From the NCBI GenBank assembly GCA_964530725.1, contig CAZGYV010000003.1, positions 9,744-73,743 on the forward strand: DNA of 64,000 bases. Direction: 5' to 3'. Origin of the DNA: an uncultured Candidatus Saccharibacteria bacterium. GTDB taxonomy: Bacteria > Patescibacteriota > Saccharimonadia > CAILAD01 > CAZGYV01. The notes below the pieces were generated by a model. It saw nothing but the letters and a program-made list of their open reading frames with translations, was not told the DNA's origin and searched no databases. The translations under genes were made by a program, and so were the position numbers. Shown in pieces: positions 33,191 through 43,326 of this stretch. The number at the start of each line of letters is the position of its first letter. Within the stretch, counting starts at the first letter, position 1.

Positions 33191-36013
33191 ATGGTAAAAA
33201 AAATACGCCCCCGTTCAAATTTGCGCCGCCATGTTCGACGTGCCGGAACTGCATCGACTGTGAAAGCACACGGTATCGCCCGCTTTCATCCGAAGAACGT
33301 TTGGGCATATCTAACAAGTCGACGAGGCTTACGTGCGATGGCGATTGCGGCTGGAGTTGGTCTAGCTACGATTGTCGGCGTGTTTTTGTGGTTCGCCAAA
33401 GACCTGCCCAGTCCAAATAAAATCAATGCTCGCGTCTCGGCCCAGACAACCAAGCTTTATGATCGTACCGGCCAGAAGGTTTTAGTCGAAATATACGGTG
33501 ACAAAAACCGTAGCCTGATCGAGTTTGATCAAATGCCAAAATCAGTTAAGGACGCGACCGTCGCGATCGAAGACAAGGATTTTTACAAACATGGCGCCTT
33601 TAGTGTCTTCGGTATTGCCCGAGCTTTTTCTGGCATTATCTTTCGCGACCCAAGCCGCGGCGGCGGTTCGACTATCACCCAACAGTACGTCAAAAATGCC
33701 CTCTTGACCGGCGAACGCAGTTATGCTCGCAAGATTAAAGAATTAATTTTAGCAATTGAGATCGAGCAACTATATAAAAAGGAGGACATTCTCAAGCTAT
33801 ACCTGAACGAAATACCCTACGGCTCGACCGCTTACGGTATCCAAGCCGCCGCTAAAACCTATTTCAATAAGGATGCCAAAGACCTGACCCTGGCTCAATC
33901 CGCCATGCTAGCCGCCATGCCGCAGGCTCCGAGCTATTACTCGCCCTATGGCCAACACCGCGACGCGCTAGTCGCCCGCCAGCACAAGGTACTCGAGAAA
34001 ATGGCGGAGCAAAAATACATCACCGCCGAGGAAGCTGATGCCGCTGCCAAAGAGGATGTTTTTGCCCAGCTAGTACCGTATCGCCCTTACGCCAATGTAA
34101 CCGCGCCGCACTTCGTGCAATACATTCGGGAAATCCTAGAAGACAAATATGGTGTCAAGCAAACCAACGAGGGCGGCCTAAAGGTTATCACTAGCATTGA
34201 TTTAGACAAGCAAAAATTAGCCGAGGAAGCCGTTTCGAAGAACATGAGCTCGGTTAAGCGCTTTGGCGGTAGCAATGCTGCTCTAGTGTCAGCCGATCCC
34301 GCCACCGGCGAAGTGCTGGCCATGGTCGGCAGCTACGATTATGCTGATGATAAATTCGGCACCTTCAATGTGGCAGTCGCCGAAAGGCAACCGGGCTCTA
34401 GCTTTAAACCCATTACCTACGCTAGCCTTTTCAAGAAAAATTATGGCGCCGGCACCACACTATACGATGTCACGACTGATTTTGGCGCTGGCTATAAACC
34501 CAAAAACTACACTAATCGCACCTACGGAGTGCAATCGGTGCGCACTAGCCTAGCATCTTCGCTGAATATTCCAGCCGTTAAGGCACTGTATTTGGCTGGC
34601 GTACCGGAATCAATTAGCACCGCTAAGGACATGGGCATTACCACGCTCGATAGATCGGCCGACAACTATGGCTTAAGCCTCACCCTGGGATCAGGCGAGA
34701 TCAAGCTGACTGAGATGGTTAACGCCTACAGTGTTTTTCCAAGTGGAGGTCAACACAGAAAACCCGTCTACGTCATGAAAGTCACCGATCCAACCGGTAA
34801 AGTGCTGGAAGAAAACAAGCCTGATAGTAATCGCCCCAAACAGGCCCTCGATCCCCAAATTGCCTACATGATCAGCAATATTTTATCTGATAACAACGCC
34901 CGCTCGGCTCTCGGTGTATTCCCGCGCAACAATCCTTTGACACTTGGCAATCGACCAGTCGCCGCCAAGACCGGCACTACCGAGGACTATAAAGACGCCT
35001 GGACAATGGGCTATACCACCAAGCTCGTCACTGGCGTCTGGGCCGGAAATAATAATAACACCCCGATGTCGCAATCAGCTTCAATTGTTTCGGCCCCGAT
35101 TTGGCATGACTATATGTTAGCTGCCACCAAAAATGATCCGATTGAGCAATTCAAACGTCCAGCCGGTATCAAGGAAGTTGAGATTGACGCTCAGACCGGC
35201 AGTGCTGTGACAACCTCGACTAAGCAGAAACGAACTGATATATTTCCAGCCTGGTACAAAGTGCCGGTAGCTCGTGATTCGGCGACTGGTAAAATCGATA
35301 AAGTCTCCAAGAAACTGGCTACCGACTGCACACCGCCCGATGCCATAGAGACTGTCACAGCCTCGGCTATGCACGCCGAAATACCAGCGACCGATCTTGC
35401 CTACAAACGCTGGGAGCCACCGGTAGCTGCCCTGGCCAAAAGCTTAGGCTATAGCGGCGGCGGCACTCTGCCAACAGAAAAAGACGATGCCCACAGCTGT
35501 AGTGACGCCAAGCCGTCGGTATCATTAAGTGTTTCACCTAGTACTGGCACGACCTTCACGCTGACAGCCACCGTTACTGCCGGTAAATTCACGCCTTCGA
35601 CGATTACCTACCTTATCGACGGCAGTGAAATCAGCACCCAAAATATAGGCGGAGGCGGTGTCTTTACTGTCAGTCACACCCCGCCGGCTGGCAATCATAG
35701 TTATAGCGTGCGAGTCGTTGATAGTGGTTACTATACGGCTACCAGCAATGCGGCTCTAGTAAATGCTACGACCGCCTCGGCACCAGCCCCTACCGTATCA
35801 ATAAGTTGTGGTGGAGCGAACTGTAGCGTCAGTGCCGCTGTGGCCGGTGCTAGTCTTAAGTCAATCGAAGTCTTTTATAACAATATATCGCAAGGAAAGC
35901 GGACGAGTGGCAACCTGGCCAACACCCTCTGGGGTAGCTGGTACAGTGGTTTAAGCGCGCGAGCCGTCGCAACGGACAATAACGGCCTAGAAGGCAGTGA
36001 CACCTACCCTTAA
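33191..36013 (+). CDS. Class A penicillin-binding protein (PBP1A family) with C-terminal Ig-like extension
   Basis: EDKDFYKH, GGSTITQQ, RKIKE glycosyltransferase motifs; SSFK, SLN, KTG transpeptidase motifs. Confidence 0.95.
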   Translation: MVKKIRPRSNLRRHVRRAGTASTVKAHGIARFHPKNVWAYLTSRRGLRAMAIAAGVGLATIVGVFLWFAKDLPSPNKINARVSAQTTKLYDRTGQKVLVEIYGDKNRSLIEFDQMPKSVKDATVAIEDKDFYKHGAFSVFGIARAFSGIIFRDPSRGGGSTITQQYVKNALLTGERSYARKIKELILAIEIEQLYKKEDILKLYLNEIPYGSTAYGIQAAAKTYFNKDAKDLTLAQSAMLAAMPQAPSYYSPYGQHRDALVARQHKVLEKMAEQKYITAEEADAAAKEDVFAQLVPYRPYANVTAPHFVQYIREILEDKYGVKQTNEGGLKVITSIDLDKQKLAEEAVSKNMSSVKRFGGSNAALVSADPATGEVLAMVGSYDYADDKFGTFNVAVAERQPGSSFKPITYASLFKKNYGAGTTLYDVTTDFGAGYKPKNYTNRTYGVQSVRTSLASSLNIPAVKALYLAGVPESISTAKDMGITTLDRSADNYGLSLTLGSGEIKLTEMVNAYSVFPSGGQHRKPVYVMKVTDPTGKVLEENKPDSNRPKQALDPQIAYMISNILSDNNARSALGVFPRNNPLTLGNRPVAAKTGTTEDYKDAWTMGYTTKLVTGVWAGNNNNTPMSQSASIVSAPIWHDYMLAATKNDPIEQFKRPAGIKEVEIDAQTGSAVTTSTKQKRTDIFPAWYKVPVARDSATGKIDKVSKKLATDCTPPDAIETVTASAMHAEIPATDLAYKRWEPPVAALAKSLGYSGGGTLPTEKDDAHSCSDAKPSVSLSVSPSTGTTFTLTATVTAGKFTPSTITYLIDGSEISTQNIGGGGVFTVSHTPPAGNHSYSVRVVDSGYYTATSNAALVNATTASAPAPTVSISCGGANCSVSAAVAGASLKSIEVFYNNISQGKRTSGNLANTLWGSWYSGLSARAVATDNNGLEGSDTYP

Positions 36014-36032
36014 AACTTAAGGATCTAAAATC

Positions 36033-37016
36033 CTACTTGGCTGGTTTTGAAGCAGTCCGCACTCGGCGATGGTTTTTACCATTAGCAGGCTTGCCGTTAG
36101 TGCTTTTTTGAGCCGCGAAAATCATTTTGCCAGCCACCGTCTGGAAGATACGAGTAACTTCAGTTGTAATCTCCTGGCCTATCAATTTATCACCATTCTC
36201 AACTACAATCATAGTGCCATCCGGAAGATAGCCGACACCTTGATTTTTCTCCTTGCCAGCCTGGACCACTTTTACGACCAACTCTTCACCTGGCAGCACG
36301 ACTGCCCGAATGGCGTTTGCCAACTCATTAATATTTAACACATGAACACTCTCGATTGTCGCCACGCGATTGAGGTTGTAATCGGTCGTGAGAATATTGG
36401 TGTGATGCTTCTTAGCCAAATAAACCAGCTTGTGATCGACCTCTTTAACATTGGCTGGATCCTCTTCGTCAATATCAACTTCGACTAGCTCGTTTTGCCG
36501 TAGCATATTGAGCACCTCCAGCCCTCGACGGCCTCGGCTGCGCCGCATCGCGTCATCGCTATCGGCAATATTTTGCAACTCCGCCAAGACAAACCGCGGC
36601 ACTAAAAGCTTGCCGGGAACAAAACCAGTTTTAACAATATCAGCAATACGCCCATCAATAATTGCCGAGGTATCAACTAAGATGCGATTGCTTGCTGTCG
36701 CCGTGTCACTGCTTTTTGCCACTTTCTTAGTCGTACTGCGTAGTAGTTTGGGGAGAAGCGGCTCGATTGCCTTGTATTGTATCAACGCCACAGTCACGAA
36801 AGCTATCACCACGATAGCCGTCACCACTGTCGGTAAAACATTGCCATATATGCCCGGCAACTTATTAAGCGGCACACTCAAGAGAGCACCGATTGAACAA
36901 CCGACGATCAGTCCGACTACAACCAATATGAGCTTTTGAAATGTTAGCTGTGTCAGCTTAATCGCGGCGTAAATAGCTACGACAACCGCCAGGGCAATAA
37001 TTGGGATGATATACAT
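36033..37016 (-). CDS. PIN/TRAM domain membrane protein (YacL family)
   Basis: N-terminal TMs; DTSAIIDGRI, RGRRGL, TTDYNL, GKEKNQGVGYL.DGTMIVVE. Confidence 0.93.
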   Translation of the reverse strand: MYIIPIIALAVVVAIYAAIKLTQLTFQKLILVVVGLIVGCSIGALLSVPLNKLPGIYGNVLPTVVTAIVVIAFVTVALIQYKAIEPLLPKLLRSTTKKVAKSSDTATASNRILVDTSAIIDGRIADIVKTGFVPGKLLVPRFVLAELQNIADSDDAMRRSRGRRGLEVLNMLRQNELVEVDIDEEDPANVKEVDHKLVYLAKKHHTNILTTDYNLNRVATIESVHVLNINELANAIRAVVLPGEELVVKVVQAGKEKNQGVGYLPDGTMIVVENGDKLIGQEITTEVTRIFQTVAGKMIFAAQKSTNGKPANGKNHRRVRTASKPAK

Positions 37017-37024
37017 ATAAGTCC

Positions 37025-38353
37025 TTATTTGATTTTATTTATAGCTTCGGTGATTGTACTGACCCGTGTCACACCAGCACCCTTGCAACTAGGCGGAGTG
37101 ATGGCTTGAGTAAATTCAAGCTTCTTAGCCTCCGTCAGCCGACGATCGGACATTGTCACTGATCGAATTTCACCGCTCAAACCAACCTCGCCAAACGCGG
37201 TTAGGTTTTTTGGTAATGGCTTATTATAAAATGCTGAGGCGACTGCCAAGATAATTGCTAAATCAACGGCTGGCTCACTAACCTTGATACCGCCTATGAT
37301 ATTAACATATATATCAGATGAACTCAAATTGATATTGGCCCGCTTGGTCATGACCGCGGCTAGGACATTAAGTCGATTCAAGTCAACGCCGGCGGCAGTT
37401 CGTTTGGGATAGCCAAAGACTGACGGCGAAACGAGCGCTTGCACTTCAACTAGGATTGGCCGACTGCCCTCAATCGCCGGAAAAATTATACTGCCCGGCA
37501 AGTCCTGACGCTCCGCCAAGAGCATCGCAGAGGGATCTGCCACCTCAGATAAGCCCTTATCGGTCATCTCAAAGATACCAACTTCGCTAGTCGAGCCAAA
37601 CCGATTCTTGACAGTATTCAAAATCTTAAGCTGGCCGTAACGCTCGCCCTGTAAGTACAGGACCGTGTCGACTAAATGCTCTAACAGCTTCGGTCCGGCC
37701 AGATTGCCTTCCTTAGTAACATGTCCAATAATTACAAAGGTTGTCTGGGTGCTTTTGGCGACCTGCAAGATGCGATTGGTGTTATTGGTGATCTGACTGA
37801 TGGTGCCCGGTGCAGCCGCCAGACCAACCGAAGACATCGTTTGAATCGAGTCCACGATTATCATGTCATATTCACCGCCCTGAGCCTGTGCCAGAACCTG
37901 ATCAATATCGGTAGAGCTCAGGAAATCAAAGGCAAGTTTAGCATCTCCACCAAACATGCGATCAGCTCGCATTTTAATTTGTTGTGCCGACTCTTCGCCG
38001 CTGACGTAAAGCACCTTCTTGCTCGCCTGAGTGAGATTGAAGGCCAACTGCAATACTAAGGTTGACTTACCTATCCCCGGATCACCCGAGAGCAATACCA
38101 GCGAGCCGGCTACAAAACCGCCGCCCAAAACTAGATCGACTTCAGCAAGACCACTCGGCAGCCGGTTGGCCGCTTGAACCTTGACCTCATCAAGCGATTC
38201 TAGCGTCAGTCTTGTCGGCAGCTTGGCTGTAGCCTGGCTAGTGGCTACTTCGACCAGACTATCCCAAGCTCCGCATGACAAGCACCGCCCACTCCATTTT
38301 GCAAAACTACTGCCACAAGATTGACAGACAAATTGCGCAGTAGTCTTTGCCAT
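37025..38353 (-). CDS. radA: DNA repair protein RadA/Sms
   Basis: C4 zinc finger, GDPGIGKST, KNRFG. Confidence 0.98.
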   Translation of the reverse strand: MAKTTAQFVCQSCGSSFAKWSGRCLSCGAWDSLVEVATSQATAKLPTRLTLESLDEVKVQAANRLPSGLAEVDLVLGGGFVAGSLVLLSGDPGIGKSTLVLQLAFNLTQASKKVLYVSGEESAQQIKMRADRMFGGDAKLAFDFLSSTDIDQVLAQAQGGEYDMIIVDSIQTMSSVGLAAAPGTISQITNNTNRILQVAKSTQTTFVIIGHVTKEGNLAGPKLLEHLVDTVLYLQGERYGQLKILNTVKNRFGSTSEVGIFEMTDKGLSEVADPSAMLLAERQDLPGSIIFPAIEGSRPILVEVQALVSPSVFGYPKRTAAGVDLNRLNVLAAVMTKRANINLSSSDIYVNIIGGIKVSEPAVDLAIILAVASAFYNKPLPKNLTAFGEVGLSGEIRSVTMSDRRLTEAKKLEFTQAITPPSCKGAGVTRVSTITEAINKIK

Positions 38354-38354
38354 A

Positions 38355-40826
38355 TTATTTTGGTGATGGCGTCTTCAAAACCGCCTCTTGTCCCTTGGCG
38401 CTTACTTTCACTTCATCACCTGACTTAATACCAGCATCTAAAATAGCACTGGCCAGCTTATCTTCTATCATTGATTGGATAACTCGCCGCATCGGCCTGG
38501 CGCCCTGTTCGATGTCATAGCCCTTATCAATTAAGAGCTTCTTCAAACTAGGCGTGAAGCGAAGAACAATATTTTTGTCCTTAAGCCGAGTCGCTAGCTG
38601 AGCCAATTGCAGGTCAACGATTTGCTTCACATCAAGACGCGACAGCGCCTTAAAGACCACGATGTGGTCAATACGATTGAGAAACTCCGGCCGAAATGCC
38701 TTTTTGAGCTCTGTATTGATAGTTGATTTCATGGTTTCATGCATAGCTTCGAGCTGGCGCTCCTGATCTTTGGTGGCAGTCTTAAAGCCCAAACGCGCCT
38801 CTTGATAAAGCGACTTAGCACCGACATTGCTGGTCATAATGATTATAGTATTGCGAAAATCAACTTTTCTGCCCTTGGCATCGGTCAAATAGCCATCCTC
38901 CAGTACCTGCAATAGCATATTGAAAACATCGGGGTGAGCTTTTTCAATCTCGTCAAATAAGATCAGGCTGTACGGCTTGCGCCTGACTTTTTCCGTTAAT
39001 TGGCCGCCCTCGTCGAAGCCGACGTAGCCAGCCGGCGCTCCTACTAAGCGCGCCACATTGTGTTTTTCCATGAATTCGCTCATATCAACCTTAATCATGG
39101 CATCGGCGTCATGGAAGATTTCCTGCGACAAAACTCTAGCTAGCTCAGTCTTGCCAACACCAGTTGGCCCTAAGAAGATAAACGAACCAATCGGCCGATT
39201 AATATCAGCGATGCCAGTCCGGCTGCGCCGAATCGAACGGGCGATGGCCTCAACCGCCTCATCCTGACCGATAACCTTGGATTTGAGAGAAGCTTCTAGC
39301 TTGATCAAGCTATCGGTCTCTAGCTTGATTAGCTTAGTCAAAGGCACGCCAGTTGTCTGACTGACAACCATGGCAATATCATCGGCATTAATGCCAATGC
39401 GAGCACTTGCTTGATCGCGTGAGACTTGCGCTTGAATTTTTTCTTCCAGCACGCTAGCTTCTGACTTGAGGCGGGCGGCGTACTCGAAATCTTGATTATA
39501 AACCGCCTCGTCAATCTGCTGCACGACATCAGTCAGCTGGTTTTGCATACTTTTTAGCTTCTTGCTGGTGCCGCCGCGCTTAATACGAGCCAAACTAGCC
39601 GCCTCATCAATCAAATCAATTGCCTTATCCGGCAAAAACCGGTCGGCAATATAACGCTTAGCGAGTTTGGCTGCTTGCTCGATTGCTTCATCGCTAATTT
39701 CAACTTGGTGAAAATCTTGATATTTATGGCGAATGCCCTTTAATACGGCAATCGTTTCATCGACGGTCGCCTCCGGCACTATAATAGGTTGGAAGCGGCG
39801 CTCAAGGGCGCTATCTTTCTCGATATGTTTGCGATATTCATCAAGCGTCGTCGCGCCAATGGTCTGAACCTCACCACGCGAGAGGGCAGGTTTGAGAATA
39901 TTAGCCGCGTCAATCGCGCCTTCGGCCGAGCCAGCCCCAACTACGGTATGCAGCTCATCAATAAAAAGAATGACATCTTTATTATTCTTGACCTCATCGA
40001 TAAGCTTTTTGAGTCGCTCCTCAAATTCACCGCGATACTTAGTGCCAGCGATCACACTAGCCAGGTCAAGCATGACAATACGTTTTCCGCTCAGCATATC
40101 GGGCACATCATCAGCCACGATTCGCGCCGCCAAGCCTTCGACAATAGCAGTCTTACCAACTCCAGGCTCACCAATTAAAACTGGGTTATTTTTGGTTCGA
40201 CGATTCAGGATTGAGATCATGCGTGAAATCTGCTCACTACGACCGACTAGCGGGTCGAGCAGGTCGCCCTTGGCCTTAACGGTCAAATCAATACCAAAAT
40301 GATCAAGGGCTGGAGTCTTGGAGTTTTTGTTAGATTTTTTAGCGGTCTGCGAGGTAGACTCGTGATAGGCATAGGACTGAGAATTGAGATAATTTTCTAA
40401 TTCGCCACGTACCGAGCTGGGACTAATTTTGATCTCACGCAGCAGAGCATTGGCGCGAGCATTTTTTTGGCTCAAAATAGCGAATAAAATATGCTCTGTG
40501 CCGGCAAATGGCTGACCAAATTCCTGAGCAACACGCAAAGCTAGAGTGATAGTTTTTTTAGCCGTCTCACTTAATGCTTGTGGCCGCAAAACCCGACCGC
40601 CATTTGTTGTTGTCACGCTCAGACTTAACTTGTCTAGCGATACGCCATATTCGGTCAGAACTCTAGCCCCAATCGAACTGTTTTGCTTCAAAACGCCCAT
40701 GAGCAAATGTTCGGTGCCAATATAGCTGGCTCCCAGGCCGCCAGCCAACTGGCCGGCATACTGCAAGCTACGCTTGGCGTTTTCGGTAAAACGATCAAAT
40801 TGAGCTAAAAAGTCATCTGTACTCAT
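38355..40826 (-). CDS. clpC: Clp protease ATP-binding subunit, ClpC type
   Basis: Clp_N repeats (GTEH), GEPGVGKT, UVR-like QDFEYAARLK, GPTGVGKT. Confidence 0.93.
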   Translation of the reverse strand: MSTDDFLAQFDRFTENAKRSLQYAGQLAGGLGASYIGTEHLLMGVLKQNSSIGARVLTEYGVSLDKLSLSVTTTNGGRVLRPQALSETAKKTITLALRVAQEFGQPFAGTEHILFAILSQKNARANALLREIKISPSSVRGELENYLNSQSYAYHESTSQTAKKSNKNSKTPALDHFGIDLTVKAKGDLLDPLVGRSEQISRMISILNRRTKNNPVLIGEPGVGKTAIVEGLAARIVADDVPDMLSGKRIVMLDLASVIAGTKYRGEFEERLKKLIDEVKNNKDVILFIDELHTVVGAGSAEGAIDAANILKPALSRGEVQTIGATTLDEYRKHIEKDSALERRFQPIIVPEATVDETIAVLKGIRHKYQDFHQVEISDEAIEQAAKLAKRYIADRFLPDKAIDLIDEAASLARIKRGGTSKKLKSMQNQLTDVVQQIDEAVYNQDFEYAARLKSEASVLEEKIQAQVSRDQASARIGINADDIAMVVSQTTGVPLTKLIKLETDSLIKLEASLKSKVIGQDEAVEAIARSIRRSRTGIADINRPIGSFIFLGPTGVGKTELARVLSQEIFHDADAMIKVDMSEFMEKHNVARLVGAPAGYVGFDEGGQLTEKVRRKPYSLILFDEIEKAHPDVFNMLLQVLEDGYLTDAKGRKVDFRNTIIIMTSNVGAKSLYQEARLGFKTATKDQERQLEAMHETMKSTINTELKKAFRPEFLNRIDHIVVFKALSRLDVKQIVDLQLAQLATRLKDKNIVLRFTPSLKKLLIDKGYDIEQGARPMRRVIQSMIEDKLASAILDAGIKSGDEVKVSAKGQEAVLKTPSPK

Positions 40827-40888
40827 AATATTCCCCTCTATTCAATATTAACAAAATAACTGGAAAATACCAAACAAAATTCGAAAGT

Positions 40889-42106
40889 TTATTTTTGAGC
40901 TTCTTTGCTAATTTCTGTTGTGTCGGCTTCTGATTCTGTGGCGGATGAATCCTTATCATCACCCTGAGATTCGGCTTCATCATCAGCGCTGGTTGCTGCG
41001 ATCAGTGAGTCTTCAAGGTCAACTTTTTCTTTTTTAGGTTGGCTTTCGACAGCCGCAGCCGCTTCTTCGACGTGAGCCTCATCAGCGCCATCAATATCAA
41101 CGTTCCAGCCAGTTAGCTTGGCAGCCAAGCGGACGTTTTGTCCATGTTTACCAATCGCCAGACTTAGCTGATCTTCAGGCACCTTAACCAAAGCTCTTTT
41201 GTCATCTTCATCAATTTTCACATTGATAACTTTGGTTGGCGAAAGGGCATTAGCAATATAGACTTTTGGATCTTCCGAGTAAGGTATGATGTCAATCTTC
41301 TCTTCGGCCAAATCAGCCATCACTGCTTGTACGCGAGTACCGCGACCGCCGACAAAGGTGCCAACCGCATCAACTCCCTCGACATTGGATTTGACGGCCA
41401 GCTTGGTTCGATTGCCAGCTTCGCGCGCGACATTAACAATCTCGACCGTACCGGTAGCCATTTCCGGCACTTCCATTTCGAATAGCTTTTTGATCATATT
41501 TGAGTGCGATCGGCTGACCACCACCTGTGGTCCACGAGCAGTCTGCTCAACTCGGACAACATAAACCTTGAGACGTTGGCCAGGATAATATTGCTCCTGG
41601 TGGATTTGTTCGCCCGAGAACATAATACCAACCGCTTTACCAAGATCGATAAAGACGTTATTGCCCTCAACCCGCTGCACCACACCATTTAAAATACTAT
41701 CAACTTTGTCTTGATATTCATTAAAGACCACATCGCGCTCAGCCTCACGAATACGTTGAATGATGACTTGCTTGGCAGTCTGAGCAGCCACCCGGCCAAA
41801 ATCTTTGTTCAGATCTTCATACTCAATTTCATCACCCTCTTTGGCGTTTTTCTTGTAAACTTGAGCTTGCGCTACAGTCATCTGTAAGTGAGGATTTTCG
41901 ACTTCAGTAACAACTTCCTTGGTCACAAAAATACGCGCTTCGCCTGTCTGCTGGTCTAGCTCAGCTCGCACTTCCTGGTCTTTGTCGCCGTAGTCCTTTT
42001 TATAAGCTGCAATCAAGGCTTGCTCAACCGTTTCAAATACAATATCAACCGACAAACCTTTTTCTTCGCAGATTTGTTCGATCGCTGAAATAAACTGAGT
42101 ATTCAT
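40889..42106 (-). CDS. nusA: Transcription factor NusA with acidic C-terminal tail
   Basis: FGRVAAQTAKQVI.QRIREAER, AREAG.RTK, SLAIGK.GQNVRLAAKLTGW. Confidence 0.98.
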   Translation of the reverse strand: MNTQFISAIEQICEEKGLSVDIVFETVEQALIAAYKKDYGDKDQEVRAELDQQTGEARIFVTKEVVTEVENPHLQMTVAQAQVYKKNAKEGDEIEYEDLNKDFGRVAAQTAKQVIIQRIREAERDVVFNEYQDKVDSILNGVVQRVEGNNVFIDLGKAVGIMFSGEQIHQEQYYPGQRLKVYVVRVEQTARGPQVVVSRSHSNMIKKLFEMEVPEMATGTVEIVNVAREAGNRTKLAVKSNVEGVDAVGTFVGGRGTRVQAVMADLAEEKIDIIPYSEDPKVYIANALSPTKVINVKIDEDDKRALVKVPEDQLSLAIGKHGQNVRLAAKLTGWNVDIDGADEAHVEEAAAAVESQPKKEKVDLEDSLIAATSADDEAESQGDDKDSSATESEADTTEISKEAQK

Positions 42107-42129
42107 ATCTTTCCTTTCTTTCTTCTTAA

Positions 42130-42247
42130 GCTATCCCGTCTTCAATGCTTTGGAGTCAAAAAAAGCCGGGTCACTTAATTTAAGAACCGACTGATACAAC
42201 ATAATCGAGGATAGCCTTATTTTATCTCTCCTGAACTACCTTGTCAA
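42130..42247 (-). promoter_or_regulatory. nusA promoter and leader attenuator
   Basis: TTGACA (42247-42242)-N17-TAAAAT (42224-42219); hairpin plus T7 at 42192-42158 inside an enclosing GCTATCC/GGATAGC stem. Confidence 0.7.
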
Positions 42248-42258
42248 GCATGGCAGCA

Positions 42259-42630
42259 TCAACAAAAGTCCGTAATACTTGAAACATATTTGATCGTCAT
42301 AGATTTCTTATTTTTCGCCGTCGTCAATGACGCCACGTCGAGGCTGACCTCATATTCTAAATAATTTGGATTTTCCGCTAGCCACATTTGCACCGCCCGA
42401 GTCAAACGCCCAATTTTATCACCACCAATAGACTCCAAGCCATCACCACAATCTACGTTTTGCCGATACTTAACCTCGACAAAACGCAACCGCTTGGCCC
42501 GAACGGCGATAATGTCCAGCTCGTAAAAACGAGTACGGACATTGCGGCCAATTATTTTGTAACCGCGAGCCTGCAATTTCGCCGCGGTCGCCTCTTCGGC
42601 TTGTTGGCCGATGGCCGTAGTATTGGTCAT
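42259..42630 (-). CDS. YraN family (UPF0102) putative endonuclease
   Basis: G..AE...L...GY.II.RN.....ELDII......FVEVKYR; start set at MTNTT (42630). Confidence 0.9.
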   Translation of the reverse strand: MTNTTAIGQQAEEATAAKLQARGYKIIGRNVRTRFYELDIIAVRAKRLRFVEVKYRQNVDCGDGLESIGGDKIGRLTRAVQMWLAENPNYLEYEVSLDVASLTTAKNKKSMTIKYVSSITDFC

Positions 42631-43220
42631 CGCCCTACTCCAAAACTGTGGCGGTGCCAAGGGCTGGGGCCATAAGTTTCGATCGCCTTTCGATGGATCT
42701 CGGTGCCATAACCAACATGAGACCCAAAACCATATTCGGGGTAAATTTCGCCACAACCGCGCATCAGCTCGTCGCGGTAGACTTTGGCCACGATCGACGC
42801 GGCTGCTACACAGGCCACGTCTGCGTCAGCTTTAGCACGACAGATCACAAAATCTTCACCAATAGCATTATGAGTGCCATCTAAAATAGCAATGCTAAAT
42901 GGATGATCGAGCATCTCCAGCGCCCGTACGAAGGCCATCCGCAAAGCAATGCTCAGCCCAAATTGGTCAATTTCTACGTGACTCGCAGAGCCGACGCCAA
43001 AATCATCAGCACAAGCCAAAATATCATCGACTAGCAGGTTGCGGCGAGCACGGCTGAGTTTTTTCGAATCTTGCAAATTCAACTGGCAATTATTTGGCAA
43101 AACAACAGCGGCAGCTACCAGCGGCCCAGCTAGCGCGCCACGGCCAACTTCATCAATACCTACTATTACGGCGTGCCCGCTGGCGTGTAAATCAGATTCC
43201 ATCTCATAGTTAGCGTACAT
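42627..43220 (-). CDS. rnhB: Ribonuclease HII
   Basis: GIDEVGRG.LAGP, DSKKL, DG, AAASIVAKV.RD, GYGT..H. Confidence 0.97.
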   Translation of the reverse strand: MYANYEMESDLHASGHAVIVGIDEVGRGALAGPLVAAAVVLPNNCQLNLQDSKKLSRARRNLLVDDILACADDFGVGSASHVEIDQFGLSIALRMAFVRALEMLDHPFSIAILDGTHNAIGEDFVICRAKADADVACVAAASIVAKVYRDELMRGCGEIYPEYGFGSHVGYGTEIHRKAIETYGPSPWHRHSFGVGR

Positions 43221-43286
43221 GTGGCTATTATATATTCAAGATTCGCTAAAATAAAACCAGACTCGGCTCAAGAACCATTCAAAACT

Positions 43287-43313
43287 AAAAACCCGCCTGT
43301 AAAGACGGGTTTT
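43287..43313 (-). terminator. Terminator after rplS
   Basis: AAAACCCG...CGGGTTTT inverted repeat. Confidence 0.7.
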
Positions 43314-43326
43314 GGTCTATTTTCGA

